Assembly: GCA_051294375.1 (NCBI GenBank) | Contig: CM119270.1 | Location: 16,266,019 to 16,330,018, forward strand | Direction: 5' to 3' | From: Paraspadella gotoi | Lineage: Eukaryota; Animalia; Chaetognatha | Length of the DNA: 64,000 nt | Part shown: in pieces, positions 12,689 through 27,306 of the stretch | Position numbering within the stretch: the stretch's first letter is position 1 | Layout of the letters: each line of letters opens with the position of its first letter | The notes under the pieces: model-generated | What the model saw: the letters and a program-made list of their open reading frames with translations, nothing else | The model's database searches: none | Told to the model about the DNA's origin: nothing | Made by a program: the position numbers and the translations under genes

Positions 12689-13178
12689 GTCCCTCGTGAA
12701 TTTCGTCGACGTCGGCCCGCCGTTCGTTCGAATCGCATTTTTGAAGAATCCTTTTGATTCCCTTACAACTTTTGTTCTCTGAGTCTCACTGGGGTCGATG
12801 TGCTTCTGCTGTTGTGAAGCAAAGGGAGCCAGTCTCTGGAAAGGAATTTGAAATTATATTTCGGTCGAAACCAGGGTATGTAAATGACAATGTAAATTTA
12901 AAACTTCAGCGTTTCAAAAACGGTTACTGTCCGTAAAATAAACCGTATATTTTTATATACGGTTTTTAAAAAGAATAATGTTGAAATTGTTTCGACGAAA
13001 ACAAACTAACGCGTCTGTACAAACAAATTATCTGCACGTTATTCGGATCATTAATCAAATCATAATGTTTCTCATTTGTTTCTTCTGTGACATTAGGGTT
13101 ATTTTCTTTGCTTATAAAACTCTCTTTCGATCAAACTCTTTAAATTACTGGAATTCGTTATCCTAAAAAATACTCTAA

Positions 13179-13325
13179 CCAATGACATCCCTCACCCTGG
13201 GTCCCGCCTCACTGATGTTGTGAGTGGACGACTCTCTTCTTTGGCGGGAGAATCGGGGGAAATCGCGAGGGGTGAGTCACGTGACCAGGGTCGCGCTGAG
13301 AGTTGGGTGAGGTCGTCAACCGCCT
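13179..13325. promoter_or_regulatory. Promoter-like GC-rich patch (CCAAT, GC-box-like, TTTGGCGGG E2F-like, GTCACGTGAC)
   Basis: Motif cluster in an otherwise AT-rich region. No linked gene established. Confidence 0.3.
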
Positions 13326-13355
13326 AAGGAGGTGGAGGTAGGTAGGTGTCAAGAG

Positions 13356-13430
<75 letters not shown>

Positions 13431-13761
13431 GACCTAACGGACACTTACCAAAGGTACAGGGGCAGGGCGGAAGAGAGAGTGAATTTTCTGATCCGATTTG
13501 CATCGAGTTTTCTTCTTCGTTAAATCGCTCGATGCGTCTACAGACAAAAACCACCAAATTTGATTTACAAGGGGTTTTGCATCTTTCTATATCCTTTCTC
13601 TCTTTGTCTCTCTCCAAACTTTTTTTGTCATCTCCTCTCTCTCTCTCTCCTTACTTTTATCCTTGTTCTTCACTTTACCTCATCAAATCATCCTTTCTGA
13701 CGTTGGTTGGTTCGTCGAGGCAACGAAGAGTCCGGCGAACGATGCGCTCCCGTAGTGACGC

Positions 13762-14893
13762 ATGAAAGAACTGACGCCCACAAATGTGAGGATGAGGTGA
13801 AAATGTTATTTTCATGTGGTGAGAATGGTCGTGAATAGAGGAGATGAAAAGGAAACTAGAGTCACATTTAGGTCTGGGTGCGGATAAAACAATGGAAGGA
13901 AAAAAAAGAAAAAAAAAGATAAGACAAAGTAATTACAAGATAAGATTAAGATAAGGAAAGTTAAAGTAAAGATGCATATTAGATCCGAGTTGCTTTGAAT
14001 GATAGGATTAAATGTGGTACAGATCTTTTCACTTCTTCACCTCATTACCTTATGGAGCCTCCCCTCCCCCTCTCTTCATTCTTCCTCACCCTGCTCCGCC
14101 AAATCCACTTCAGTCTTTGTAGTGCGACGTGAAAAGTCTCTTTCTTTCCTACGATTTTGTCGTCGTTATGTCTTTCGGCAGTCGCTAGGCACGGACACCG
14201 ATTCCCGCCATTTTGTCCGCCATTTGGCTATTTGGGATTCCACAGTGCAGTTAAGAATGTATTTTTTTCATAAAAGGTTTTTTTTTTTCCTTTTTTTCCT
14301 TGTTGTAGTCCTCAGATACACTAATTTGAAAGTCGTATCCTAATATAATCGTAAATTACATTTTATTAAATGAATGGATAAATTTTATATTGGTTGTACC
14401 AATTTCATGAAGCTAGTTGCCGTAGTTGGTTGGTATGTGTTCTTAAAATTGAGACTAATATAAAATAATTAAAATTACATTTGTGCCACGAAAACAATTT
14501 TATTATTGAGAGTTCCTCTTTGCAAGCCGAGCGAATTTGTTTAGAGTTGATGTTCTTTTTGGTTACTATGGAAAAATAGCAACGTAGTCATTCAAATAGT
14601 TCCTGAACAGACGTTAGGCCTTCCTTAGTAATCCTTTACTCGCGGAGGTTAAAATCAAAAGAGGCAACTCCTGCAAACCTTGCTGTTAAAAGTCAAACGA
14701 GATATAATTGGGAAAACTATTTTAGGACTATCAGTATCTGTGTTACATTTATGCATTATTGGAAATTAAGAAACTTTCAAAGTAAAAAAAATTTATATTT
14801 ATCATTTTGATGACACAATGAAAGAAATTATAAAAGTATGCAATGCATTTCACAAAACAAGCCTTTAGAATAACACATCACTACTGTTAATAA
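13762..14893. repeat. Exact duplicate of 1-1132
   Basis: Identical by eye and ends at the 25-N gap 14894-14918. Confidence 0.95.
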
Positions 14894-15844
14894 NNNNNNN
14901 NNNNNNNNNNNNNNNNNNCGCCGCCGCCGCCGCCGCCGCCGCCGCTCCCGCCTCCTCCTGGTAATAACGCGTTACCTCATCAACTGTATCCCACATCGCT
15001 TGGGTCGTGCTCTACTGTAACGTTATGTTCTTTCGACTCTGACTGAATTTGAGGTGAGAAGCAAAAAGTAAAAGAGAATTTCCGCCATCAATGAAATTTG
15101 CAAAATTGACAATTACAGTTGTTAATTTTCGCTGATAGGGACATCGCTAAAATCAGGATGGAACTTTACTAATTCCACTAATTTTATTAATCTTATAGCA
15201 ATAGCTAACAAATAAAACGAGAATGTGAAAAAGTATCTTTCTTTTTGCATCGTCATGAATGATTAATATTTATAAGTACGGTATATTGAACTTGAACGTA
15301 ATTTAAAATCTAATTTTTTTGAACTTAAATCGCTTTTGAATATTAATAATATTATTTCTCCTCGTTTTTTTTTCCTCCACAGTCTTGACTTTCTCAACTT
15401 AAGCCCAAATTAAAAAAAAACTTACGTCATAAGTTACGAGGGTAAAGAATATTAGTCAGTCGTTCACCCTTTTGATTTTTCGCCACATTATTTATGTATT
15501 TTCACCTCGCCTCTAATTTATTTTCCTCCACTTTTCCTACTTCCCCCTTCTTCTTAAGTATTCCTCCCTTTCCACTTCCCTGTTTCCACTCGCCTCTCCT
15601 CTCTCTTCTTCCCCGTTTCCCGTTTTACCTCATAACATCCCGCGCACCATTTCTCATCCTTTGTTGTTCCCGCTTTCCTTTTCTCCCTTCTATCATTTCC
15701 TCTCCCCACATTTTTTTTCTTTTTCTCTCTCCGTTCCACCTTCTTTCTTTCCCAAAATTTCCTACTTCCATCTTTCTCCATCCTCTGGCCTCTCCTTTTC
15801 CACTCCTTCTAACTTATACATTTCTTCTTCCTCTGGCCTTTCCT

Positions 15845-16101
15845 NNNNNNNNNNNNNNNNNNNNNNNNNNNNNNNNNNNNNNNNNNNNNNNNNNNNNNNN
15901 NNNNNNNNNNNNNNNNNNNNNNNNNNNNNNNNNNNNNNNNNNNNNNNNNNNNNNNNNNNNNNNNNNNNNNNNNNNNNNNNNNNNNNNNNNNNNNNNNNNN
16001 NNNNNNNNNNNNNNNNNNNNNNNNNNNNNNNNNNNNNNNNNNNNNNNNNNNNNNNNNNNNNNNNNNNNNNNNNNNNNNNNNNNNNNNNNNNNNNNNNNNN
16101 N
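15845..16101. other. Assembly gap; others at 1133-1157, 14894-14918, 21714-21738, 22451-22460, 26658-26903, 28047-28481, 28924-28933, 38084-38108, 39692-39716
   Basis: N runs. Five of them are exactly 25 N, i.e. placeholder gaps. Confidence 0.99.
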
Positions 16102-16334
16102 TCCTCCTTTAATTCCCATTCTTAATATCGCGGTTCGGGTCATAAATTTTTCACGTAGAACGTAATCAGGGGTCGTCGCCTCTCGTCGTTATTTTTTTTT
16201 TGTCCGGTTTTGGCTTTTTTGATTTTTTGCGTGGGGGGGGGACTGAGAAAACATTTCGTTCATACTCACAAACTCCTTTGTGGAAGGGAGACACAACCTG
16301 AGTTAACTTTCAACCTAATAGAACTAAAGAACAG

Positions 16335-16377
<43 letters not shown>

Positions 16378-16840
16378 TCTCTCTCTCTCTCTCTCCTCAT
16401 CGTCTCTCGTCCGTTTGCTAAACAACAAGGCCGTGCCGTCAATGCCCACGAATCCGGTTTCCCTACACCACGAAAAGCTCCGACCGTCCTCTCCAAACAA
16501 CACAAAAATCTTTTCAACCTTCCCCAACTTTTTTCGAATCATAAACCCTAAAATGCGCCCTTTTTTTCAAAATTCTCTGCGCGCGCGATGCGATTTCGGT
16601 TCACGAAAATTCGGCTTTTCCGTGTTGACTGTTAAATTGCTCTGCTTGCTGTGTGTTGTTGTTGCTTGTTGTTTTAATTGTTATTTTTTGTCGTCGTCGT
16701 TTGGGGGGAAACGGGGTAACGTCGAAACTTTATCGAACTCTTCTCTCTCTCTCTCTCTCTCTTTCAATCTCTCCTCTTCGTCAGTCTCTTGCTCTCTCTC
16801 TCTCTCTCTTCTCTCTCATCTCTTCTCTCTCCTCTCTTCG

Positions 16841-16875
<35 letters not shown>

Positions 16876-19800
16876 ATCGATCATCTCTCTCTCTCATCTC
16901 TCTGCTTCCTCCCTCTTGAGTCATAGGTACTACCAGGCGTCCTCGCCGGACGCCAGCCGTCACACCACTCGAGCGAGCGGCTGGCGCGGCTGCCCGACCG
17001 ACTCACTTCTCCTTCCCGGGCTTCTTTCCGTCTCGGATCGGGGAGATTTTCTCTCTCTCGAATGGTGAGTCGGGCTTCTTCCGGTCGAAGTCCGAGCGGA
17101 TCGGGGCCGGATCTCTCGCTCTCTCTCTCTCTTAACTACTCTCTTGCTTCTCTCTCGCTCTGCCGTCTCACTCTCTATTCTTCTATCTTTGAGCAATTGA
17201 GTTTAGCAATTACTTACTCAGTATTTGTTTTGTCAATCTATTATTACTGCCTGAAATCTAGATTCAGATTTTCAAAAACGTTTCAAAATAGTGATCAGAA
17301 CCATATTTTAATGGGAAATTAGATGTACACAGCTCGGGGAAGATCAGTATGCTCAAAAGGTTAGTAATTAAAAATTCGAGTGACTCGAGATATGCATGGA
17401 TTAATGCGTCATCGTAAGGTTGAATATAGGCAGAAAGAGAGCATAAACGATTTTAAATAAGTTAAATCTATTTTTTTAAAAAAAAACAATTAATATAATA
17501 TGTATTTAAGCTATTTACTCTTCATACGTCCTCGCGAACAAATGCATAAATTATACTATATAATCTTATTTTGCGATCATTTTTATCTTTATCATATTGT
17601 TCTATTGTTTTTCAGCATATTTAAATCATTATTGGTTTAGATTTATATCTTTTTAGTAATTAATCTATTATTTTTTAGCTCAAAAATCTATTAAAATCTA
17701 AAAAAAAAAGAACAAATAATAGCAAATTTTTCATCGTTATTTAATTTTCTGCCTAAATATTTCCTCATATTTTTTCCACCCCGTTTCTTATACTTTCCTT
17801 ATTATATTTTTTTGTTCATTGGTTATTTTATTGTTTCAATGTTGTAATATTGGTTTTCTTCATTCTTTTTTCTTTCTTCTTTTTTTCTTGCTTTTTTTCA
17901 AAAAAAGAACTCCCGGATTCGATCCGGCGGAACCCATAATCGATCCGCTGCCCGGAGGCAGAGAGAAGAGCCTCGGGGTGACGAGGGTAAGACAGGAGAG
18001 AGAAAAGATTTAAGTTGCGTCCGCTGCCAGCTCCGATCGGATCGACTTTGCAGCCGCGCGGATCCGGGAGGATAAAAGAGAAGGAAGAGAAGAAGAGTAA
18101 GAAGAGCCGAAGAGAAGTAAGTCGAAGGCAGGGAGAGCCGCTCGGCCGCGCGCGCGCGACTGCCTTCTCCGGGACGCTGTTGCGTGCGATGATACGAGCG
18201 CTTTCTGAGTACTAGCCATGCTCACGCATTCTCTTCCCTTCTCTCCTCTCTTCTCCTCTCTCTCTCTCTCCTCTCTCTCTCTCCTTCCTTTCTCTCTCCC
18301 CCTTTTCCTCCGCTTTCTACGGTTTCTCTCTTCGTCCGAATCGGTCTCCCCAGCACCGACAGTACTCCCTAGAAGGTTCGCTCATCGCCTCCCGTCCATC
18401 ATTGCTCACGTGAGGCAGTACATAACTGGTTGACTTTCCCTACGCACTATCTCGACGCTGATGTGGTCCATCCGCGATCTCCAGCCGGCCGGACGTTAGC
18501 TCGGCGGCGGAGTAAGTCCGGCTGCCTGATTCGCTCGTCCTTCGCCGCGAAGGAAGAGGATTCTCCTCCTTCTCTCTTTCAACTCTCTCTCCTTTTCGCT
18601 CCTCTTTCGTCGCAGGGTCTTTGAGCTCTCGAATTTCGGGAAGAATTTATCAATTTCTCATTGAAGAAATCAGTCATATGTCCAATAAGGTAAATAGGAA
18701 ATAAAAAAATAAAAATAAAATGGCAAGTAATTTACTGTTTACCGACGGCAGTAGTTAGTTAGAAAGGGTTTTGGTTAGGGTAATTCGGTAATTAATTTAA
18801 AAATAAATATTTTTAAGTAGTATTTTCAAAAAAACGCCAAATGCCGTGCCGGTTGGCGAAAGTAAGAATGTGTTAACAACGTAAAATATCTGAATTTTTT
18901 TCTAACTTTTAATTTTGTATTATTGATTGTATATTACTCTTAAACTTTTCGCTTCGTCATCAGGTGTCAGTCGCCTGGTTCAAAATTTAACTTTGTCTTT
19001 TGTCTGGGAATGGCTGGACAGGTGTTTTAGAGAAGGTTGCGCCGTTTACGGATCACAGGCTGCTCGCTAATGCGGGCTAAGAAGTAAGACAAATGTTCCG
19101 TTCAATAATGTCCTCTCCCAGACTGTACCACTTGCTACAGTTTATACATAATGTAAAACGCCGAAAGATAAAGTTTATTAACTGTTATAGATCCAATAAT
19201 AGTTTTTCAGAAAAGTCATTCTGTGAACAAGTGCAATTCCATATAAACTAGTTGCTTATTCATGGTGATTTACTTAGCCAGTACAAAAAATAATTGTAAG
19301 AAATTAGATATTAGGAAAAAAAATTTGGAAATTATTCAAATGCTACGTGAGATTTTTCTCAACTGCCGAGGAACCTCGAAACAGAACTGACGCCATCTTA
19401 TGGAACCGCGGAAACCGCGCGATGGCCGGAAAATCCAAGTGAACTTAAGTGTTTTCTTTGCCGGCGCTTCAATTGCGACTTTTTCTCGTTTAAACGTTGG
19501 AGAAGTAATAAACGTTCAATGGATGAGGTATTTTTTTTTTAAATCTAAACAGGTTTAACATTATTATTAACGTCATGCCATGCACACGCGCGAGAAGTTT
19601 GAAAGAATTAATTGCTATATTAACGTCAATTTAACAAAACGCGTTTCATTGGTAAAAAACGAATTCAACTGTTTTAAGACTACGGTGATCGTTTGTCTCT
19701 TACGTTAGGCAACGAAAAGAATTAATATAATTCCTTGACGACAGTTTTCGAAATCCTGCGACCTTCAACATTCGGAACCGGATTCTTCCGTGATCTTCTG

Positions 19801-22800
19801 TATATTTAAGCTAAAATTAAATGGACTTTCTCCGCGAAACGGCGGAATCCTAGACCAAAGGCTGAACAAATCATGTCTAAATAAAATTCCCGATGCAACA
19901 GACCGTTCTGGACTAACCTTTCGACGCTTAAGCGCGGCTCGTAAAATTCGATTCAAATGCATCGATCGTTCAGCTCTTCTACGACGTCAGTTCTTGGGCT
20001 TAAATTACCGGATGGGAGCATCGAGGCGCAGAAGAAAAGTTCGAAAAGAATAACGATCTAACTCGAACGAACAGTATCCGATGCAGTCGACGATAGCCTT
20101 TAAAGTTACGCTGTCAGGACAATTGACGCGTTAATTAAAATTATCATATTGTGTTGGGAAGTCATATATTTTTGACCTATGTATGACTTTATTTCTTTTT
20201 TCACTTATCAACAAAATTAGTCGGATAGGAAATGCAACTGGCCACTTATAAAAGAAAATTTCTGCATGTGTTCTCAACTTAAAATATTCAATAACCTTTC
20301 TTCATGAATAGTGTTTTTGCAAGTTTTTTATTATAGATGTGATTTATTGTACAGTTGTTTGTTACGATGTTATTCTTGTCGCTGTTGTTTGTCGTCGGGC
20401 TACCAATTGTTAGAATAAATGACTTAGCAGTGAATATAAAGAAGAAAGATAAGAATGACGTTTCACGGAATTTATTTAGCATACATGTCAAAAACGAGCG
20501 CAATAACAGAAGAGAAATAGACGATAGTTAAAATAACCATAAGAGTTGAAACGAATCCTAGTGGTTCAGTTAACTATTTGGACCTAAGTATCAGTAGGTT
20601 CACGGATTTAGGTAAGCTTGTATAGAGGATCATGTACGTGTTGTTGTTGTTTGTCGTTGTTGTTGTCGTTGTTGAAAATAATTCAATAGAAAAGCGAAAA
20701 ACTTAAAGAAGAGAGAGCAGAGAGAAAAGAGTCAGATAGCGGTGATTTTCGGCGATCTTTCTGCACCCGAGAACCCGGCGACGATCGCGATCCTTCTCTG
20801 ATCCTACGTGTGCGAGTGTCGGTAGAGAAAGGAGAAGGGATCTCAGCCGTCATTTTTCGAGAGAGGAGTCACCGACGCGGATGACCTCCGACCGTTCGAC
20901 CGGCGATAAGAGGAGTAAGGAGGACCAGATTTAGGGAAGAAGCCTTTTGTTTTACTCCAGCAGTGCGGCTCTCGGGTCGATTGTCGACCAACCCCATGCT
21001 CTCGTCTCTCTCTCTATTCTCCATCTCGTGTCTCTCTTTTCTCTCTCTCTCCTGCTTCCTCTCGTCGTCTCTCTCTCTATCTCTCTTTCTCTCGGTACGT
21101 CTCCTCTCTCTCTCTCTCTCTCTCTCTCATCACCTTCTCTCTACTCTCTCTCTCTCATCTCCTCTCGGCTGTCGATTCTCTCCTCTCTTCTCTCCTCTCT
21201 CTCTCTTCTCTCTCTTATGCGGGATCTCCGTTCTACTTATCTTCTTCGTCTTTCTCTCTCGTGAGTGGCATCTCATCTCTCTCTCAGTCTCGTCTCTTCT
21301 CTCTCTCCCTCATCTCGGTCCATTTCTGTCACCCCTCCGCACAGTCCATCTCTGTCTCCGCCTTCTCGTTTCCTCGCTTCATCCTCTTCTCTCATCTCAC
21401 TCTGCATTCTGTCTCTTTGTTCTCTCTCCTCCTCATCTTCCAATCTCTCTTATTTTACAGTCTCTCCCTCATCTCTCTCTCTCTCTCCTCTCGTCTGTCA
21501 TCTCTCTCTATCACCTCGCTCGTCTCTCTCTCCTACATCTCGATCTCTTTAGCGATTCGTGAAAAGTTAATAGAACAAAGGCTGCCATCCGACTTTTTCA
21601 CGCCCCTTATTTCCCTTCCGAAAACACACGAAGCACCATCACACCATGGACCCGACTCTCGGATTTTTTTAATCTCCCGCTCTCTGCCAAAATATTTGCC
21701 TTCTCTTTTTTTANNNNNNNNNNNNNNNNNNNNNNNNNACAACAAAAATTCATTTTCACCGTCAAAATAAAAAAAAAGTGAAAACATTCGAGGGTCGAAA
21801 AAGAAGGAAAGAATTTACTGCGAAGATAAACCGAGGCTGGAAGAGGGAAGAATCGATTAAGAAGCGATTAGCGAGACATTTCGATGCTGGAGTTCGGTTA
21901 TAAAGTTGGAAAAAAATGTTCGGGTTTAGAATTTAAAAGATCAGACGTTGAAAGAGGGACGGCCGATAGCGACGAAGAAAGAAAAGACGCTGAGGCCTCA
22001 GTGGGGGCGATTTCTCTTTTTTTTTTAAATTTTTGGGTTTTGTCGAAAAAACGATCGTAAACAAAACAAGTTTGAGCAAACAATGTCGGATCTGCCCACG
22101 ACAATTTAGCGGTAAGCAGCTAAAAAGCAGCAAAAAAAAGTCGTAGTTTGATCACAAAGATCAAAGGTTTGATCTTTTCTTATATGTTTGAAAATAAAGT
22201 CAAAGTAAATAGATCGAGCTCCGGGATTTTAACTGATGATAAATAAAATAGCAACCATAAAAAAAAAAACCGGAAAGTCGTTCAACACTTTCAAAAAAAT
22301 GACCAGTAAAAGAAAAGAATCATATGGTCAGAACCGGCTTAATTTAAAGGATCAAACATTATGCTTTAATTTTTTTGTTCCTCGTCATATTTTCCCGACA
22401 TTAATCTTTTCTCCCCAAATTTTTTCCTTTTTTTTTCACTGTCCAAAAAANNNNNNNNNNAAGACATTTCTAGTACGACTGAATTTCTTTTCTTACCTTT
22501 TCAAAGCCCGTATCATTCCACTTCCGAAATCCTTCAGGTAAAAACCTCGCATCTACTGCGAAGTCCACAGTGTTGACTTCATCCCTTTTATACCATCTCT
22601 TCACTACCCTCCATGTTTCCTCCCTTCCTTCTTTTTCTCCCCGTCTCTTTTTTCCTTCCTCCCTTTCCTCTTCTCCATATTTCATATCCCTTTTTTCTCC
22701 TCCTTCCTCCATTTCTCTTCTTTCCTTTTTTCTCTTTCCTTCTTCCTCCCTTTCTTTTCCTCCCTCTCCTCTCCTCATCTCCCCTTGACATAAATTATAC

Positions 22801-25800
22801 CTCTGAGACTAAACATCCTTCACTACGTTCGTTGTTTCGATTCTTGTTCACTTCTCTGCTTTGGAATCCTTTGTCTCCTACTTTTACCACACTTGTCCCA
22901 CACTTGTCCTTTAATTAATCTTTTTATTCCACAATTTTATAGAAGAGACTCTTGTCTCACACGTTTCCTTCTCACGCATAAACTTCCATACTTTATGTAA
23001 AGTACGTCACACTTGCCCCTTCTTTCAATTGAAACGCGTTGGATAATTTTCAGTTGCCGAGTTCACAGCCACCATTTTTCTTTATTAGATATATCACTTA
23101 CCTTCGAATACTTTGAATTCCACCAACACTCATCCCTTTTACTTACCCAAACCCTTGCCACTCTTCGGCGACCTCGTCTAATCTCTTCGGTCAAACAAAG
23201 GATAAGAGGAAGAGAAAGGGAGACGGGCGCCGGCCGAGTTTTTCCTCTTTCCGCAGCCGCCGCCGCTGCCGCTCCCCGCCGCTCCCCGCCGCTGTCTAGT
23301 GTCCCGCCAAAAAATGACCGACACACAACAATAATAATCCATCAGGCGCTGTCGGGCGGAGAGAAGGCGAAGGGCCGAACTCGACCCCAACGGCACGTCT
23401 CGTAACAGGGGGCGGGAATTTGTGTTAGGAGCCCGCGATGGGCCGCGGGCGCCCGGCCGTACGTTTTGCGCCGTCCAACCTCGAGTGATTACCGAGTCTA
23501 ACGGTGAAACTAAGATAGAGAAAACGAACAGTGAACAGTGAACACTGAATAGACAGATAGAATGACAGTGAAGATTAAAAATTCTGTGAGAGTTTTTAGG
23601 AAGAACTACGGAACAAAATACAAGTGAAATAGCTAATTTTAATTCTACTACAGTTTATTAATTTTTAGCACCTCAACTTTACTCAACTCTTACGGCAGGT
23701 CCGCGTTCATCCGAAGATCGGTAAAGGGAAATTTTGGAATCGCGGCATCGCAGTATCCGCGGCATCGCAGATATGTATTAAAAAACCATCATATTACTTT
23801 CGGCTTTTGAAGCGTTCCGTATTTATCCTTCTCGTAGCTGCAACTTTTTTTTTCTTTTTCTCCCTCCTTCCTTAACCCCTCCCGCCTTCCCCCTTGCTCA
23901 TCCCCTTTCCACTCTTTCACCCCCTTTCACTCCCCCTTTCACTCCCCCTTCCTTGTCGACCTCCGATTTGCGAGATGTTCCACGGGACCATTTTCGTTAA
24001 GGGGCAAAAATTTTGGAAAAGGTGGGGCCGAGGGAGAAAAGTACCGCTAGATGATGGTGTTGGAAATATGGGGGACGGGGGGGAGGAGGGGGGAGAATGT
24101 GGCTCTCTTGTCCGTCGGTCCGTCGGTCCGGTCCGTCGGTCCGTTATCTAATTCTCGCCGCGAATGAAGGGTAGATGATCGTCGAGGGGAAAAGGGGAAT
24201 TAGCTTTTGACCCGCGGGAATGAGATGGAGTGGGGGAGTTGAGAGGGAGAAGCAGATGGGGAAAGGGAAGGGGAGGAGAAAGAAGGGGGGAGCAGCAAGG
24301 TGAAAACTGGAGAGAAGCAGGGGAGAAAAGAAAGGAGGAAAAGAAACTAAGGTAAGCTGGGGATCTGAGAAATTACATTTATGAAGGAAATAAAAATCGC
24401 CAATTAGTATTTTTGCTCCCATTTAATCGGCTGTCGCTTAAATTTCATTTGACATAGTAGGTAACGTTCCCTGGTTCGTTTATATGTTGTGTTTTAAATA
24501 TTGTTTACATATACTTGATAGGAAATACTGTGTCATATATTGCTTGTATGTAAACATTTCAAATTCAACTCGACTCGACACGGCGTTGTGAAAAATAATC
24601 TTACAAAAAAGTTCATATCACGCCCAACTTTAAATCAGAACTCTGCCGTTCTTTATATTTTCTTTTGACTTTGTTCACTTATAATTTTTAGTTCGGCCGA
24701 GTGACTTAGATTGGTAATATAAAAAATGTATTTCTTTGATAACTTTTTGAACCAAAAATTGATGAACGATGAGACTGGTATATATTAAAGCATAATTATG
24801 GGGCATCTTTTCCATTAATTTTTTCAAGTTTCAAATGAGTTTTTTTAAAAAATCTTGATCGAATTTGTCAAAAGTTATATAACAACTTTTGAATTAGATG
24901 TAAACACCCTTGGCCATATTAAAATAATAAAAATATGGATTCTGAAAGAGAAAAAGAATGAATTATGTTTCTTATATAAGCAAAAAATTTGTCTATACTT
25001 CAAATGTTAAATATAATTACTAAGGATTAATGAATTATCATTTGTTGAAAACAAAAAAAAATAAAAATTCATTGTGGAACCTTAAAAAACATTATGTTTA
25101 AATATGAAAATTTTAGGAGTTCAAATTTGTTCCGGCTTGTATTTTAAGAAACTACGATCATGAGTGGCTAAAAGCTGTTTATCAGATTTTTTTTACTTTT
25201 TTCTATCTTCACGGTGTGCACAATTAAAACCTTTTGCATAATGCCCAGTTAGCATATATTAAATACATTTTTTATTAAAAAAGCACGTACAATTCTTTAA
25301 TAACACACTATGCATGTAGCTGTATGGTAAAATTGTTGTTTTATTGTTTATTATAATACAAGGCTTTAATCAATAAAGGCGGTAAATTGCAAAGAAAAAT
25401 GAGTGATTTCAAGGCTCCATATTGATACTGTGATATCAATGAATTTTCTTTGTTCCGGAATCGAAATGTACCTAAGACATTGTAGTTTTATTAGCTAATC
25501 TTTATTTTTATAATTTTAAAGGGTATGTTTGGCAAAACAGTAAGAAACAAAAATGATAACAAATTTTAAGAAAAAAATTTGGATTAATTGCTATTATTTC
25601 TTACTATGACGTCAGTTTATTTTTTTCGTTATGTGCTTGAAAGTTAGGCTAAACCCAACAGAATCGGAATCAGTGCATGACCGCTGTATATTGATTTGAC
25701 TTATACAGTAAATACCGCAAAATAAAAAAAATTTAAAAAGAATTCAGACTTAGCGCCGTTTTTATTTTCAGTATTTTTTAGTCAAGACCTTTATGGATTT

Positions 25801-25988
25801 TCTTTGTTCCGGTGGCGTTGGATAGCCCAAACTCTGCAGTTTCAGAAATCATCCATGGTTTTGTAATATTTACTGCGCTACTGGTGCAAAAATTGCTAGG
25901 AACCAAAATTATCCGAAACCGCTTGGTTCTTTCGGATTTTTTTTTAAGCGCGGAGCGACATATCTACATAGTATTAGGCCAAAGTTTT

Positions 25989-26029
<41 letters not shown>

Positions 26030-27248
26030 CTCTCTCTCTCTCTCCCTCTAAAATAAATGCAACACCGATTCTATTTACTTTTCTGATATCAATTGATCGT
26101 TTCATTTCATTTTGTTCGGCATTTTTATCCCGACTATCTTCGCCGAAAGGAAAGGCAATTTTCGAAAAAAAAAGATCTGATAATAGAGAAGCTGAAGTGA
26201 GAAAATATATTTAAAATTTATAGGAAAAAACCACCTTCTCTAAAAGTAGCAAGTTGCTGTGAATAAAAGGAAAAGCTAAATGCAGTTCTTGACATCTTCT
26301 TTTAAGGCGTTCGTCTGAAATTTGGAGTTGATAACAGACTTTTAAATCGTGTTCCCTTTCCAAGCCACACTTTTAAACAAGCGCCATTTACTCACTCTCA
26401 TCAAGCGCCTTCCCTCACCTCACCTTACCTTACCTTTACCTTCACTTTAAATGTCCACCACCATCGTTTCACTTTCCCCTTCAATTTCCTTCCGAATCGC
26501 CTCCCCTCACCTCACCACGGGTCAGTCCAGAGACCGTGACCACAGGTCGACCCAATTTTAGATTAAAGTTCCGCCTTGGAAATCCGGACCGAGAAAAGGA
26601 GAATCGCCGGACGAGAATCTCTCCCTTACCTCTTAACCCACCCGATCATTTCATCCGNNNNNNNNNNNNNNNNNNNNNNNNNNNNNNNNNNNNNNNNNNN
26701 NNNNNNNNNNNNNNNNNNNNNNNNNNNNNNNNNNNNNNNNNNNNNNNNNNNNNNNNNNNNNNNNNNNNNNNNNNNNNNNNNNNNNNNNNNNNNNNNNNNN
26801 NNNNNNNNNNNNNNNNNNNNNNNNNNNNNNNNNNNNNNNNNNNNNNNNNNNNNNNNNNNNNNNNNNNNNNNNNNNNNNNNNNNNNNNNNNNNNNNNNNNN
26901 NNNAAGTTACAAATGGAATAAGAAGTAAAACAAAAATTAATTACATATTTCGACCACAAATGAAATGAAAATTAATTTATCATGACATGAAATGACTAGA
27001 CATTCTAATTTTAAATAAATCTTTTTTGTTCTTTCAAAAAGAAAACGTTCCCCGCTTTCACTTTCTTTTCAGCCACAAAAATTTCCTTCCATTTTATTTC
27101 CCCGTTAAATTTTCTCTCCACTAAGCGAAAAAATTATTCTCTTTTCGATCGTAAACTGATTTCGCTGTAAACTGTGGAGCAATTTGGAGCAAATCTAGCG
27201 AATAAAGCGAAAAGAAAGAAAAAAGGGACCAGCTTCGCTTTTAAAAGT

Positions 27249-27306
<58 letters not shown>

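Noticed and set aside
1-14893. Direct repeats as LTRs of a ~15-kb retrotransposon
   Set aside because: No gag/pol-like ORFs inside, no CA end, and both copies terminate at placeholder gaps.
24430-25960. AT-rich stretch resembling decayed transposon sequence
   Set aside because: No termini, TSD or coding remnant could be identified by eye.
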